64,000 nucleotides of DNA, taken from contig OX597842.1 of the NCBI GenBank assembly GCA_951406725.2, positions 10,602,001-10,666,000 of the forward strand, in the 5' to 3' direction. Every line of letters starts with the position of its first letter. Positions within the stretch are counted from its first letter, which is position 1. The notes beneath the pieces are model-generated. The model was given only the letters and a program-made list of their open reading frames with translations, searched no databases and was not told the origin of the DNA. The position numbers and the translations under genes were made by a program. Origin of the DNA: Octopus vulgaris. Lineage: Eukaryota. Positions 38,601 to 51,170 of this stretch are shown piece by piece.

Positions 38601-41042
38601 AACTTGTCAAATTTGCAGCGGAACTAGTCAAACTTGCAGCGGAACTGGTCAAATTTGAAGCGGAACTGGTCAAATTTGCAGCGGAAAAACTAGCAGTAGT
38701 AGTAGTAGATGTAGCAGAAGCAGAAATCACAGGAGAAGTAGAATCTACAGCAGCAGCAGAAGTAGTATTAAATGCAGCGGAGGTAGCAGTAGATATGGCA
38801 GCGGAAGCAGTTGTGGATGAAGTGTGCGTAGCAGCGGTACTGCCTCTACTGCTACTAGTGGTAACAACAGTAGTTGTAGTGCTACTACAGCTGTTATTAC
38901 TGTTACTATTACAACTACTAGTGCTCTGGTAGCTGTTATTATTATGATCATCATATTTAGTAGTAGTGGTGGTAGGAGTAGTAGTAGTAGTAGTAATAGT
39001 GGTGGAAGCGGCAGTTGTGGTCCCAGTTTCGGTGTTAACAATTTCAACATCCAGGGTCTCTTTGTCACTTGATGCTTTTGTCAAGGGGCCAACACCCGAG
39101 CTGTCTCCCTTGCCGAGATCTTTCGATGGCGCAGTGTGGACACGTGACGGAGGAATTCGTATCGAGTCGTCGTGGCGCACCGAGCGATCACGTGGTGGCA
39201 CCAACGCTTCCTTCTTCACTTTTACTTTCACTTTCGAATCCGTAGCAACACGGGAAACGGGTGGCGTCGGCGTTGTTGCCGATGGCGTTGAAGGACCCGA
39301 CACCGACATCGAAGTCTGCTTCTGTGGTGCCGTACTAAAATTTTCATCAGTGGGTGAGGCCCTATTGGAAACTTCCATATGGCTCACAGACCCAAACCCT
39401 GTCACTTGGCTATCATCACCGCCGTCATCTACCACAGAGACTAACGTCTCACCCGTCTCTGTCTTCAAAACAACACCCTGGGGCATTGCAACAGAACTAT
39501 ACCGATCGACCATGCTAGAACCAACATCATCATCATCGTTATCATCAGTAAGAACCGTAGTGTTTCTAGCAAAGATTTTGGATTTGCTTAATGAAATCTG
39601 ATCCACAGACATCAAATTCTGGAAGGATCTACTGGTAGATATACCACCAACTGCCACTTCTTTTCCTTTTCGGTCTCGACAGATTCCAGTTTCTTTCACT
39701 TCTTGTTTGATAACCCGTCGGAAATCACACTCTGATACTTGACCAATTTTGCTCAGGATTTTGGCGACAATTGCATCAACTTCAACAGTAGACTCGTTAC
39801 CACTAATTGCCATTAATTTCCCCGTTTCTTCTTGTTCTTGCTGTCCTTGTGTTTCTTTTTCCTTGCAAGCAGTGTTGCGGAGAGATGAACCAAAATCATT
39901 TCCTTGCCGTCTTTTCTTCTTCACCATGCCGAGGGCATCAAAAGCTTCTCGCTCACCATTTTGTGACAACCCTGTTAAATCCTCCGTACTTAATCCAATG
40001 CCATCCAAAACAGTCAGACCATGCTGCAGCAACATCGAATTCCCTGGCTCTTTGATGCTGTCCTCTTTCTTATCATCCTCCGTGTCATCGTCCTCAATCT
40101 CGCTATCAGATAGTATTATCTCCTGTTTCAATTTTGGTGCCGATGGATTTACGACCACCACCGAGGAAACAGGGTCTCCTGCCGACAACGGAAGACGACG
40201 ATCGGGATTTAGTCCCTGGTCATCTTGTGCCATCGTGCGATGGTCAAACTGCGGTTGGCCGCCAACAAGTCTCGCGGAGACCAATCTCTGCTGCACGAGA
40301 TCAGTCTTATCCTTGCCTCGGTTTGATCTGTGGTTCCGATCTTGAGCCGGACATTGCCTCCGATGCTTCGACAGTCGGACACTGGAGCTGAAGGACTCTC
40401 CACAGTTCTTACACTCGAGTCGCCGTCGGATGTGACATTTCAGGTGATCAGCCAACGCTAAAGCCCTTGGAAACGCTGCCTTGCAATAGAGGCACTCATA
40501 CGGAGGGCCTGCTGACCCTACATGAAGGTCTTTCAAGCTTGTTGCTCCACCGACCCTTGATGCTTGGAATAAATCCATACTACCATGGTTTTCCAACAGC
40601 CGCCTCTTCACATGGATCTTTGACACATCCTCGCTAATGCTTCCCAACAGTGTATTTATACGGTTAACTTGTCCCAGTTTATCGTCATCGTATTCATTCT
40701 TTATGCGGAACGGGGCCACGTCCTCCCCTTCTTCTGGACAGTCATCTACGTGGCCCTTTACGTGCATCTCCAACGAGGTTCTGGAGAAAAACTGCATGCT
40801 GCAGTAACTGCACTGGAACGTTATCGGAAAACGGTTACGGGCCCTGCCTAAACTGTTCACATGATGGAATCTGTCGACGGAATGACGTGCGGTGGGCCTT
40901 GACGAACCAGAAGCTTTCCGGCTGACTGGATTGGGTAACAGTGTGGCAGCATTCGCAGAATATGAAAGTAGTTGATCAAAATCAAAACCGACATGGTTCG
41001 CTGATTTTGTTCTGTTCTGTTTTAACTTCATCTTACTAATAT

Positions 41043-41074
<32 letters not shown>

Positions 41075-42174
41075 GTGTTATTACTATTGTACATCTGGAT
41101 GTTTTCATTGGTTTGCGACAGTTGTCTTATGATGTGATCGGTTCTGCTGAAGACATCCGTTGCTATGGGCAGCGTTGTGTTCTTAGGTGGGGCCTTTACG
41201 ATCTCCTCATCTTCTCCGTCGGACCATTGCAAAAGATTCCCTGTATACGAAGACTTGCTTGCAGCGGCTCCTGCATCTGGTCCTAGCAATCGCGCCTCAT
41301 TTGAGGGTTCACCAATTGCGCCGAGAGTCCCCCTTGCTTTTGCCTCTGACTTACTAACCGACGGCAGCCGTGACCGAGGGTGCGTCTGCAGTTGTGACTG
41401 CAACTGCGCGCCTTGCAGATTCGACACATCTGCTGTTGTCGCGGTGGTGGTGGCGGTGGCTGTGGAGGTGGTCATGGTCGGAAATGACCTCTCTTTATTG
41501 ATAATGTGGAGGATGTTTTGCATCTGGAGTCGCCTCTGCACATCAGCAGCGGCTGCAGCTGCGTCGCTCAGGGACAGCAACGACGCCGCATCGCCACTGG
41601 CATCCATGCTGCTTCCACGACGGTCGTGACCACCCACGGAGAGATTGTCACGGAGTGCAACTTCACCACTTCCGTTATCAGTACTGCTGCCACCACCACC
41701 ACCACCACCACCACCACCACTACCACCATTGCCATCGTCGGCGGCAACGGTGCTGCCGTTTCCGTCGGACACGCCGTGGGTCAACAGGTGGCGCCGGAGG
41801 GTGTCCGACTTGCGAAACGTCTTCGAGCAGAGCGTGCACGTGTAGCGCCGTGTGCCCGCGTGCGTGCGCATGTGCTTGCTGAGGTTGCTCGAATCGGTGA
41901 AGCGCTTCAGGCAGAATTCGCAGCCGTAGCGCTTGTCCCCGGTGTGAATGCGGACGTGCTTGATAAGGTTGTCCGACCGGGAGAACGACTTGTGGCAGTA
42001 CTTGCACTCAAACGGCCGGAGACCGGAGTGAATCTTCAAATGCCTGGCTAGATGGCTGTACCGATCGAAGTCTTTGCTGCAGTACTGGCATTTGAACTGA
42101 CGCACCTTCGAAGAAACAGTGGCATCGTTAGCGCCTTCAATACCAGATACTGCACTCATAGACAGGGAATCCAT
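32443..42174 (-). CDS. Giant single-coding-exon multi-cluster C2H2 zinc-finger protein (3243 aa, about 17-19 fingers)
   Basis: Uninterrupted 9732-nt ORF. Canonical C2H2 arrays with TGDKR/TGEKP/AGIKP-type linkers at about 41775-42096 (4 fingers), 38120-38360 (3) and 32560-32890 (4). Isolated or paired fingers near 40770-40820, 40350-40500, 38370-38460, 37765-37835, 37290-37365 and 36500-36655. Long low-complexity linkers. An acceptor-like TTTCTTAACTAGCAG lies 20 nt upstream of the ATG. Confidence 0.93.
38510..38685 (-). repeat. Coding 21-bp tandem repeat (AANLTSS x8) inside the zinc-finger ORF
   Basis: GCAGCGGAACTGGTCAAATTT units on the plus strand. Confidence 0.93.
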
Positions 42175-42238
42175 TTCAATATATAATATATATTCTGCTA
42201 GTTAAGAAACATATGTAGTCTGGATTTCACCCTCAATT

Positions 42239-42274
<36 letters not shown>

Positions 42275-44218
42275 AATATATTTTTGTAATTATAATATCC
42301 AAGGGTCTAATTGTAGGAAGTTAGTAAGCTTTGAGCAGTCCGTGGCAGGTGTAAAAGAAATCAGTGTTCAGGAATAATAATGGTTTATTGGTGAGGATTA
42401 TAGGCCTTTCTCATACTGAAGTTTGATAAACTGAAGCACCTTTATATAATGAAGGTATGTTTGGCCTGATGAATAGCTAGCTGAGTAACCCTCATTGAGT
42501 AATTGTATAAGAGGATCTGCTAGTTAAGAAACATATGTAGTCTGGATTTTACCCTCGATTTGGATATATATATATGTACAAATATATTTTTATCCTTTGT
42601 TTTAGTCATTGAACTGTAGCCATTCTAGAACATTCCTTTGATATATATATATTGATATAAATATATAGGAAAAAATATAGTAAAAAAGGGCCGCTCCAAA
42701 TTTGACCGAAGTAGGAGGTAAAAATCATGGAAAACTATCTTATGATTTTGGGCATTTTTTCTTGAAAATCTATGTCATGTCTAATGTCTTTTATGTATAT
42801 TTCAGTTTTGCCCCTATGTACCCCTCTTTTCCAACATCTTTCAATCAAACTTTTCTTTCAACATGATTCCTTCACAAAATAGTCAGTGCCATGTTAGGGC
42901 ACTGCCTTGATATATAAATCCATAAATACACACACATGTATGTGTATATATATATATATAGATATATATATGTTTGTATGTATGGGTAAAATATATGGGG
43001 TGAAAAGGGCCAGTTAATCTTTAAATTCTGACCAAAGTAGGGGCCAGAGAGACATAAATCATGGAAAACTATTTTTCAATTTTGGAGTTTTTTTCCTTCA
43101 AAATCTTTTACAATGGTTTCTGTGCTTCCTTTTACATTTTTAAAAATTTATTTTTCTTACTTTTTTTATCTCATCTCTTCTCCAAAATATTTTCATCAAA
43201 TTTTTTTCTCTAACACAATTTCTTCACAAAACTGTCGGCATTTCTCACCACCATATATAGTCATTTGTGATTATGTCTCCACAAGTATTTAAAATTCATA
43301 TTTATCATTTCTTCATGGAACAGCTGGTGCCATGCTGGAGCACACAAACATTTTTCCATTCAATACAATTTCTTTAAATAGTTGGCACCTCTCACTTTCT
43401 ATAAATTTTTTTCACATATTTATGATTTCTCCACAAAATGGTTGCCACAGCTCACTTGCATATTGACAATTCAAAGTTTTTCATCCAAAAATTTCTTCAG
43501 AAAGTGATTGGGGCTTCTTGAATGTAGGTGATTCAAAATTTTCCATCCAATAAAATTCCACAAAACAGCAAGTGCCTCTCACTTGCATATAGACATTAAA
43601 ATTTTTCATCTAACACAAAATTTTCATAAGATGGCTGCCATCTTTTGCTTGTGTATAAACACTTCAAAATTTTCCATCCAACATTTCTTCAAACAAATAG
43701 CATCTCTCACTTATAATTTCCGGAATTTTTTTATTCTTTTCTTCCTTTATTCCAGTTTTTCTCTGGAAATTTTTTTTCAAATTATCCTCATCTCTCACTT
43801 GTAATTTCCGTAATTTTTTAAAATCTTTCCTTCTTTATTCCAGTTTTTCTCTGGGAATTTTTTTTTCAAATTTTCCTGAAGCACAACACAACTCAATGAG
43901 ATGACTGCAACTTAACACCTCTCACTTGCATCATGGCTTTCTTGTTAATTTTTTAAATCCTTATTTGTAGTTTTTTTCCATTTTTCCGTAATAAAAAAAC
44001 TCAATATTTGTTATTTTTTTCCATGGTGTTTTTTATGTGTGTTTGATATACTTTTTTGATATCTGATCCCTTTTTTGTTTTTCAGTCAGTTCCCTGGTAT
44101 CCCATAAAATTCAAATCCTAATATAATATTATATATATCAATATATATAATGTTTGTTTTTTTTCTTCTTTTTCCTTTTGTTTTTGACTCTCCTTTAGGC
44201 TCCAGGATCAAATCCTAC

Positions 44219-44333
44219 CAAGGGTAGTCATGCCTTTTAATTCTTTGGGTTTGCAAAAGGTAACAAGGATCATAAAAATCGATTTTTCTGGGGGTTTGAA
44301 GTTCAGTTGGAATTCATCTATCCTTGTATTTAT
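44219..44333 (-). other. Candidate non-coding 5'UTR exon of the zinc-finger gene
   Basis: TTTTATTTTGCAG acceptor and TTG|GTAGGA donor bracket 115 nt of non-repetitive sequence. No transcript evidence. Confidence 0.3.
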
Positions 44334-45109
44334 CTGCAAAATAAAATCCAGTTTCAGGGCCAGGTGGAAGAGCCCAAACTATTACATATTCAACATTATG
44401 GGTCACATTATTACAACATTTAGGTCACAGGGACAAAAAAAGAAAAAGAAAAAAAAATTAGGGCCAAAATGTTACATATGGTTGTTTCCAGAACTGGAAA
44501 CTAAGGCATAATATATATTCATGTTATAGGGCCCAAAAGCAAAAATATAGCAAAGTAATTACATATTCAAGTTCCAGGGCCAAAAAAGAAAAATATAGCA
44601 AGGAACTATATATTGAGATATCAGGTATCCAAAACAAGAAGATTCTAAGGTATTTTTACATATTCAGGTTTAGGGGCCTGAAAAAATAAATGATACCAAA
44701 GCATTATATATCATCAAGTTCCAAAAATAAATAATAATAAAATTAAATTTTAAAAATTACTTTGAAATTAAAAAAAAAAAAATTTGGAAATAATACAACA
44801 GGAAACCAGAATATTACGTATTCGAATTCCAGGCCCCGATTAAATGAAAAAAAAAAAATAAATAAAAATATTTCAATATTCGAGTTCTGGGCCCAAAATT
44901 AAAAAAGAAAACTCCTCAAGTGTTGATACAAGGCATCAATATATACACATATAATAATAATAATATATATATGTGTATATATATATATATGTATTTATGT
45001 AATAGATATATGTATGTATAATATATATGTATGTGTTACCTATGTAGTAGATAGATAAGCAGGGCTAATTTAGTTATTTCTATGAAGATTGAGAAAAAAT
45101 TAACCTTAA

Positions 45110-45300
45110 CCCTTTCATTACCAATCTGGCTCTGGCTCTGAGTACAAATGTCTTAAAATCTTCCACCAAACCTTAGTTATAATTTATGTTCCTAACACTA
45201 GCTGAATGACAACTAAGTTATTTTACTAAATTCTTTGTTATATTTAAAATTAATTGAAAGAAACACAGAACATCTCAACAGAAATACAGTAACGAAAGGG
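45110..45300. mobile_element. piggyBac-type MITE
   Basis: TTAA|CCCTTTCATTAC ... GTAACGAAAGGG|TTAA. Degenerate relatives at about 760-1060 and 2380-2600. Confidence 0.8.
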
Positions 45301-47750
45301 TTAATTGATTTTCGGACCTTATTGGACTCTCATCAGTGACATCTACATCAATTTGACCAATCCCAGAGAAACAAGCGACCAATCTGTTTACATACTCAAC
45401 AAATCCAGCAGCTCCAGAGCTGGAGCTTCTAATTTGCATACCATAGGTGTGTAACCCTTTATAGGTTGGCCCAAAGAAATGCTTCCAGGCACACCTTCAC
45501 ATCAATCTCTGGAGCTCAATTTTGTTTCCCCCACACAGTGAAATCATCATCCTCTTCTTCTTCCTCCTTCATCACCATAATCATCATAATAGTTCTCCAT
45601 AAATTATCTGCCAAAAATCATGGGAATTTTGAAATTTGGTTCTTTACAAAGCAGTAAAATTTAAATTTGTGTGGTTAGGGAGCTTGCTTCCTAGCTGCAT
45701 GGTTTCGGGTTCAGTCCCACTGCGTGGCACTTTGGGTAGGTGTCTTCCACTATAGCCCCGAGCCGACCGGAGCTTTGTGATTGAATTCGGTAGGTGGAAG
45801 TTACTGCCGTGTGTGTATGTGTGCGTATAGCTGCTCAGTGCCTCTCCGAAAGAGAGAGAGGGTTCATGCTGATGATTAGAAACCCCTTAATTTTTGGGGT
45901 TTCATGTTGTAAAGACCCCCTCATCACAATCATCTTCAAAGCATTTGCTAAAAAAAATATGAAGATTCTGAAATATTAACGATAAAAAAAAAAAAAATTT
46001 AATTTTTAAAATTCAATAAAAAATTAATTAAATCCTGGCCGTTGCCAGCGCCGCCTTAGATGGCTTCCGTGCCGGTGGCACGTTAAAAGTTCCAACCGAT
46101 CGTGGCCGATGCCGGACCCCCCTGGCACCTGTGCAGGTGGCACGTAAAAAGCACCCACTACACTCACGGAGAGGTTGGCATTAGGAAGGGCATCCAGCCG
46201 TAGAAACTCTGCCAGATCAGACTGGAGCCTGGTGCAGCCTCCTGGCTTCCCAGACCCCGGTCAAACCGTCCAACCCGTGCTAGCGCTGAAAACGGACGTT
46301 AAACGATGATGATGATGATGATGATGATGGAGATTGGAGATTTAAAAAAATATAAAATAAATTTACTTTAAATGTTGAGCCTTAAACTTTTTTTTCCAGG
46401 TGGTAAGGTTTTCTCCATCATTTGCATCATCGTCATCCCTCCTCTCGATATATTTACTAAAATAATCTCAAGAATTTTGAAGAAAATAAATAAAAATAGA
46501 ATCCGCTGCCAAATAACAGCAGGGATGACAGCGGGGACAATTTACATTAGACTTCGACCCTTAATATTTTTAGCTCATAATGAAGAGATTATCATAATTA
46601 GTCAAAAAAGCATAAACATTTAACAGGAGGAATGAAAATTTTAAAATCAAAAACAGAAATATATATAAGTAAAAAAAAAAATAATAATTAAACAATTATT
46701 TTTAAAAATTTACATTAAAATTCAACCCTTAATTTTTTTGGCCCCACATTGCAAAATCACTGGTGTCCAAGTGCTCAAATGGACCCTCAAAGGATGGAAG
46801 CCAAAGCTGACCTTGGCGAGATTTGAACTCGGCACTCAAAGCATTGTTAATGGTTATCAAAATATTTTCGAATTAAAATGTGAACATTTTCATACAAAAT
46901 ATTAAAAAATATTTTAAAATATGAAAAAAATTGTTTTTGTGATTAAATTTTTTTTAAAAAACCCCCAAAAAACGATTCCTTGTCATTTATCCGTTTGATA
47001 ATAATAATAATGATAATACTAGCAGAGCAGGCCTGAAAAACTGCTCTACTAGGGGACAGCTAGGATTTTGAGATCAGTACTTGGGTGTTGAGTATCTTCC
47101 ACGATAAATGAATATCCAAGCGCCAAAGCTTATAATTTGTGGAAGGAGACCCCATGAGACATCTGACAACAGGTTGCTGTCCCTTCTCACAGAATCAACA
47201 AGAGCAAGTAAGCCAAGAGCTCTGAGAAGTAAAATAATAATAACAATAATAATAATAATAATAATGATGATGATCCCCTTCTATTGTAGACACAAGGCCT
47301 GGAATTTTGTGGGAGGTGGCTAGTTGATTACACTGGTGTCCAGTGCTCAAATGGACCCTCAGAGGATGGAAGCCAAAGCTGATCTTGGCGAGATTTGAAC
47401 TCGGCACTCAAAGCATTGGAAGGAATGCTGTTTAGCACTTTGTCCAATGCGATGACCCTCTCAACTCACAACAATAATGATAATAGTAATAATAAATCTC
47501 TGAGTTTATTCCTTGTGCAGTAGTGTTCCGTTTCGTTTATTCCTTGTGCAGTAGTGTTCCACTTCGTTTATTCTCCTTGTGCAGTAGTATTCCGCATCAC
47601 ATATGGTAGACAAGGGACATTTTTCTGGAAAAAAAAAAATAGTAAAATATCACAAAAATTCAGAATAAAAATACAAAAATAGTGATTTGTAATGTAAGGA
47701 CAAACATTCTACATATTGGAACCCTAGGGTAGGGTCCAGTACATAGGATT

Positions 47751-48573
47751 TTGAAGGTATCAGTCAAAATGCCTGGTGGTATTGTGCAAGGAATTTGTCT
47801 GAACGTGTCAAAGTGCTGTCATCTGCCTGTTGGCTCCTCTCCTGCAACTCAACTTGATTTCGAGCTGGGTCGTCTGCTGCTGGAGAGGACCGACCAGGTA
47901 AAGGACATGGGTATCTTGGTGGATTCTTCCTTTTCGCCTTCAGCCCAGTGCATCCATGCTACCAACAAAGCACGCGGAGTTCTGTTCTTGATTCGACGGT
48001 CATTCGGAATGCTCACAGCAGCCATATTCCTACCACTCTATGTCACGCTGGTGAGACCCATATTGGAGTACAGGATTCAAGCCTCTTCTCCTTATCTCCT
48101 CAAAGTCATACAGCATCTCAAAAGAGTCCAGAAGCTGGCTACCCACATGGTTCTTGGTCTCAAGCATTTGTCTTATGAAGAAAGGCTGAAGACGCTCGAC
48201 TTTTATTCTCCAGAAAAACGCCGCCGCCGTGGTGATCTCATTCTTGCTCACAACATCATAAGCGGAAAGTGTAACCTCTCGAAAGAGCTGTTCTTCACTC
48301 CTGCTCCAGAGCATTGGCTGTGGGGTCACTCCGAAAAGCTCTATCTGCGACGATTTCATCTCAATCGAAGGAGAGGGGCTTTCTCCGTCTGGGTTGCGGA
48401 TCCGTGGAATAAGCTGCCGGACGAGATAGTGAAGATGCCGACGACCGCTCGGTTCAAAGTCTCTCTTGACCACAAGTGGCCTGAACTCTTTGCATGAACA
48501 CCCTCCCTGTATATAACAACATGTCCCCCTACATGGCCTTGCTTTTGCTTTTTGAGCCAATAAAATTGAATTG

Positions 48574-48580
<7 letters not shown>
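47751..48580 (+). mobile_element. CR1-clade LINE 3' fragment (RT C-terminus plus tail)
   Basis: Translation NVSKCCHL...VKDMGILVDSSFS...LYVTLVRPILEY...LSYEERLKTL...RRRGDLI...WNKLP. Ends in an (ATTGA)n tail. A partial duplicate lies at 48607-48725. Confidence 0.88.
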
Positions 48581-48606
<26 letters not shown>

Positions 48607-49677
48607 AAGCTCTATCTGTGACGATTTCATCTCAATCGAAGGAGAGGAGCTTTCTCCATCCGGGTTGCGGATCCGTGGAAAAAGCTGCCGGACGAGATAG
48701 TGAAGATGCCGACGACCGCTCGGTTAATATTTATTGCATAAATTTAATCTTTAGTATTTCAAGATATTTTAAGTCTTTCTGACTAACAACAAAGTGAAAA
48801 ACACCTAATTGTTTATGTAGTCCTAGATACATTATGCCTGAATAAAAGATGGGATGGTCACAGCTGGAGTAACTTTAATCATAGGTCTACTGGATCAAGA
48901 CTGACCTGGGGCTAAACAACAACAATAACTATTAATACTAACTACTATACTACACATTAGACAGTGTAATCCAAGATACACTATGTCTGAATATAACATG
49001 GGATAGTCACAGCTGGAACATCTTTGATCATGGGTCTGTCTGGATCTGGACTGACCTGGGGCTAAACAACAACAACAGCTATAGCCACTAATACTAACTA
49101 CTATACATTAGATAATGTAGTCCTAGACACACTATACCTGAATAAAAGGTGGGGTGGTCTCACTTAGATCATAAAATGTGTGTGTTTGTGAACTGGGAAT
49201 AAAGGTCTGTGTGTGTATATATATATATATATATATTTACACACACACACACATAGATAACCCAACGATGAGACCTCTTCCTGATTATTTGCCTTGCAAA
49301 AACTGTGAATGGTCAACGCTGCCAGACCTTTAACCAATAGACTTCCTGGATCAGGAATGACCAGAGGTAAACTACGCCTGCTAGAGCACGTTATACAGAG
49401 ACAATGTCTCTCCAGATCATATATATGTGTGTGTATGTGGGTATATTGAGACAGACAGATAGATAGATACATAGATAGGTAAGACAGATAGATAGATAGA
49501 CAGATAAGGCAGATAGATAGTCAGATAGGTAGATAGATAGACAGACAGATAGGTAGGTAGATAGACAGACAGATAGGTAGGTAGATAGACAGACAGATAG
49601 GTAGGTAGATAGACAGACAGATAGGTAGGTAGATAGACAGACAGATAGGTAGGTAGATAGACAGACAGATAGGTAGG

Positions 49678-49765
<88 letters not shown>

Positions 49766-50145
49766 CAGACAGAAAGATAGATAGACAGACAGATAGATAG
49801 ATAGACAGACAGATAGATAGAGCTAGATAGATAGACAGATAGACAGACAGACAGATAGATAGATAGGTAGGTAGATAGATAGAGAGGTAGATAGATAGAT
49901 AAGAAGATAGGTAGATTGATAGATAGGTAGATAGATAGATAAGAAGATAGGTAGATTGATAGGTAGACAGACAGGTAGGTATATAGATAGATAGATAGGT
50001 AAGACAAATAGATAGGTAAGATAGAGAGATAGATGTCATCTGAGACTTAAGCAACGAGATGTGCTTGTTTGTATACATACATGTATGTGTTTGCGAATTA
50101 GGGATAAACAAGAAGTGTACGTGTGCGTATCTGTGTGTGTGTGTA

Positions 50146-50188
<43 letters not shown>

Positions 50189-50325
50189 CCTTTTATTTGA
50201 TTCAGGCATTAGACTGCGGCCATGCTGGAGCAACGCCTTGAAGAATTTTAATCGAACGGATCGACCCCACTACTTCTTTTTCAAAGTGTCTGGTACTTAT
50301 TCTATCGGTCACTTTTGCCGAACCG

Positions 50326-50382
<57 letters not shown>

Positions 50383-51058
50383 TACATACAGATAATTAGA
50401 AAATGAAGAAAAACATAAATTAACCAGTGCATCGTTGGTACCACATTGCGTTGGTTATTCTATGTTTTTCTTCATTTTGTAATTAATTCCATTGGTTCCT
50501 GATAAACTTTTGTTTATCCTGTTGTTACCTGTGCTCGACGTATATGGTGCACCTGCATATCACTGCCCGGGGTTACGGATACTGAGTGCATATACGGATA
50601 TTTTATCCCTTAGTCGGTTACTACAACCGCTTCCTCTATTTATATATATATATATAGTCATCATAAATATAACGTCCGACTTTGTGAAACGGGAAACTTA
50701 ACATAAAAGAAGAAATAAAGAAGAATATAAAGAAAAAAAGGGTTGATTTAAAAGAAAGAAAAAACAATAACCACAACAACGATATCAACAGGAGCAGAAA
50801 AGGGTCGTTGATAGAACAAAACCCCTTCAACAGAGAAAGATAAATACATAAATATTACAAGGTTCTTCGTTTCTTGTCAGAAGGAAACACTATTTTGATC
50901 GGGGTTTTCACCAGACATAATCCTAAATGGATTTTACAACGTGGGTACATGTGGAGGGAAGTTCGTTTCAATGGATTGATCAACTATTGATAAAGACAGA
51001 AGGGGTAGGAACGATAAAAAAACAATAATTAATTAAATTAATATATAAAAGGCCTTAC

Positions 51059-51170
51059 CTAGGTCTACAGGGCTTCCAAGCTTTTCGAATGGGTATTATT
51101 CTGGCATAGCACCGGTTACTACTATAACTGCTTTCCTTCACAACAAAGATTCCTCCTCCTCCTCCTCTGC
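51059..51170 (-). other. Candidate first (non-coding) exon of the zinc-finger gene
   Basis: Strong donor CTAG|GTAAGG at 51058. Unique sequence lies next to a long (GA)n/(CT)n tract. The 5' boundary is unknown. Confidence 0.35.

Noticed and set aside
32209-42051. Plus-strand and alternate-frame ORFs overlapping the zinc-finger gene
   Set aside because: Shadow ORFs from GC-rich codon usage, with no recognisable domains.
23786-42174. Zinc-finger gene nested in, or fused to, PRPSAP
   Set aside because: The PRPSAP start codon with an upstream in-frame stop and promoter-like motifs lies at 23.8-24.0 kb, downstream of the zinc-finger stop. A shared distant non-coding exon cannot be excluded without transcripts.
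49164-49420. Additional exon suggested by a GTGAG donor-like site at 49163
   Set aside because: The site coincides with the edge of a repeat unit, and there is no convincing acceptor or coding signal.
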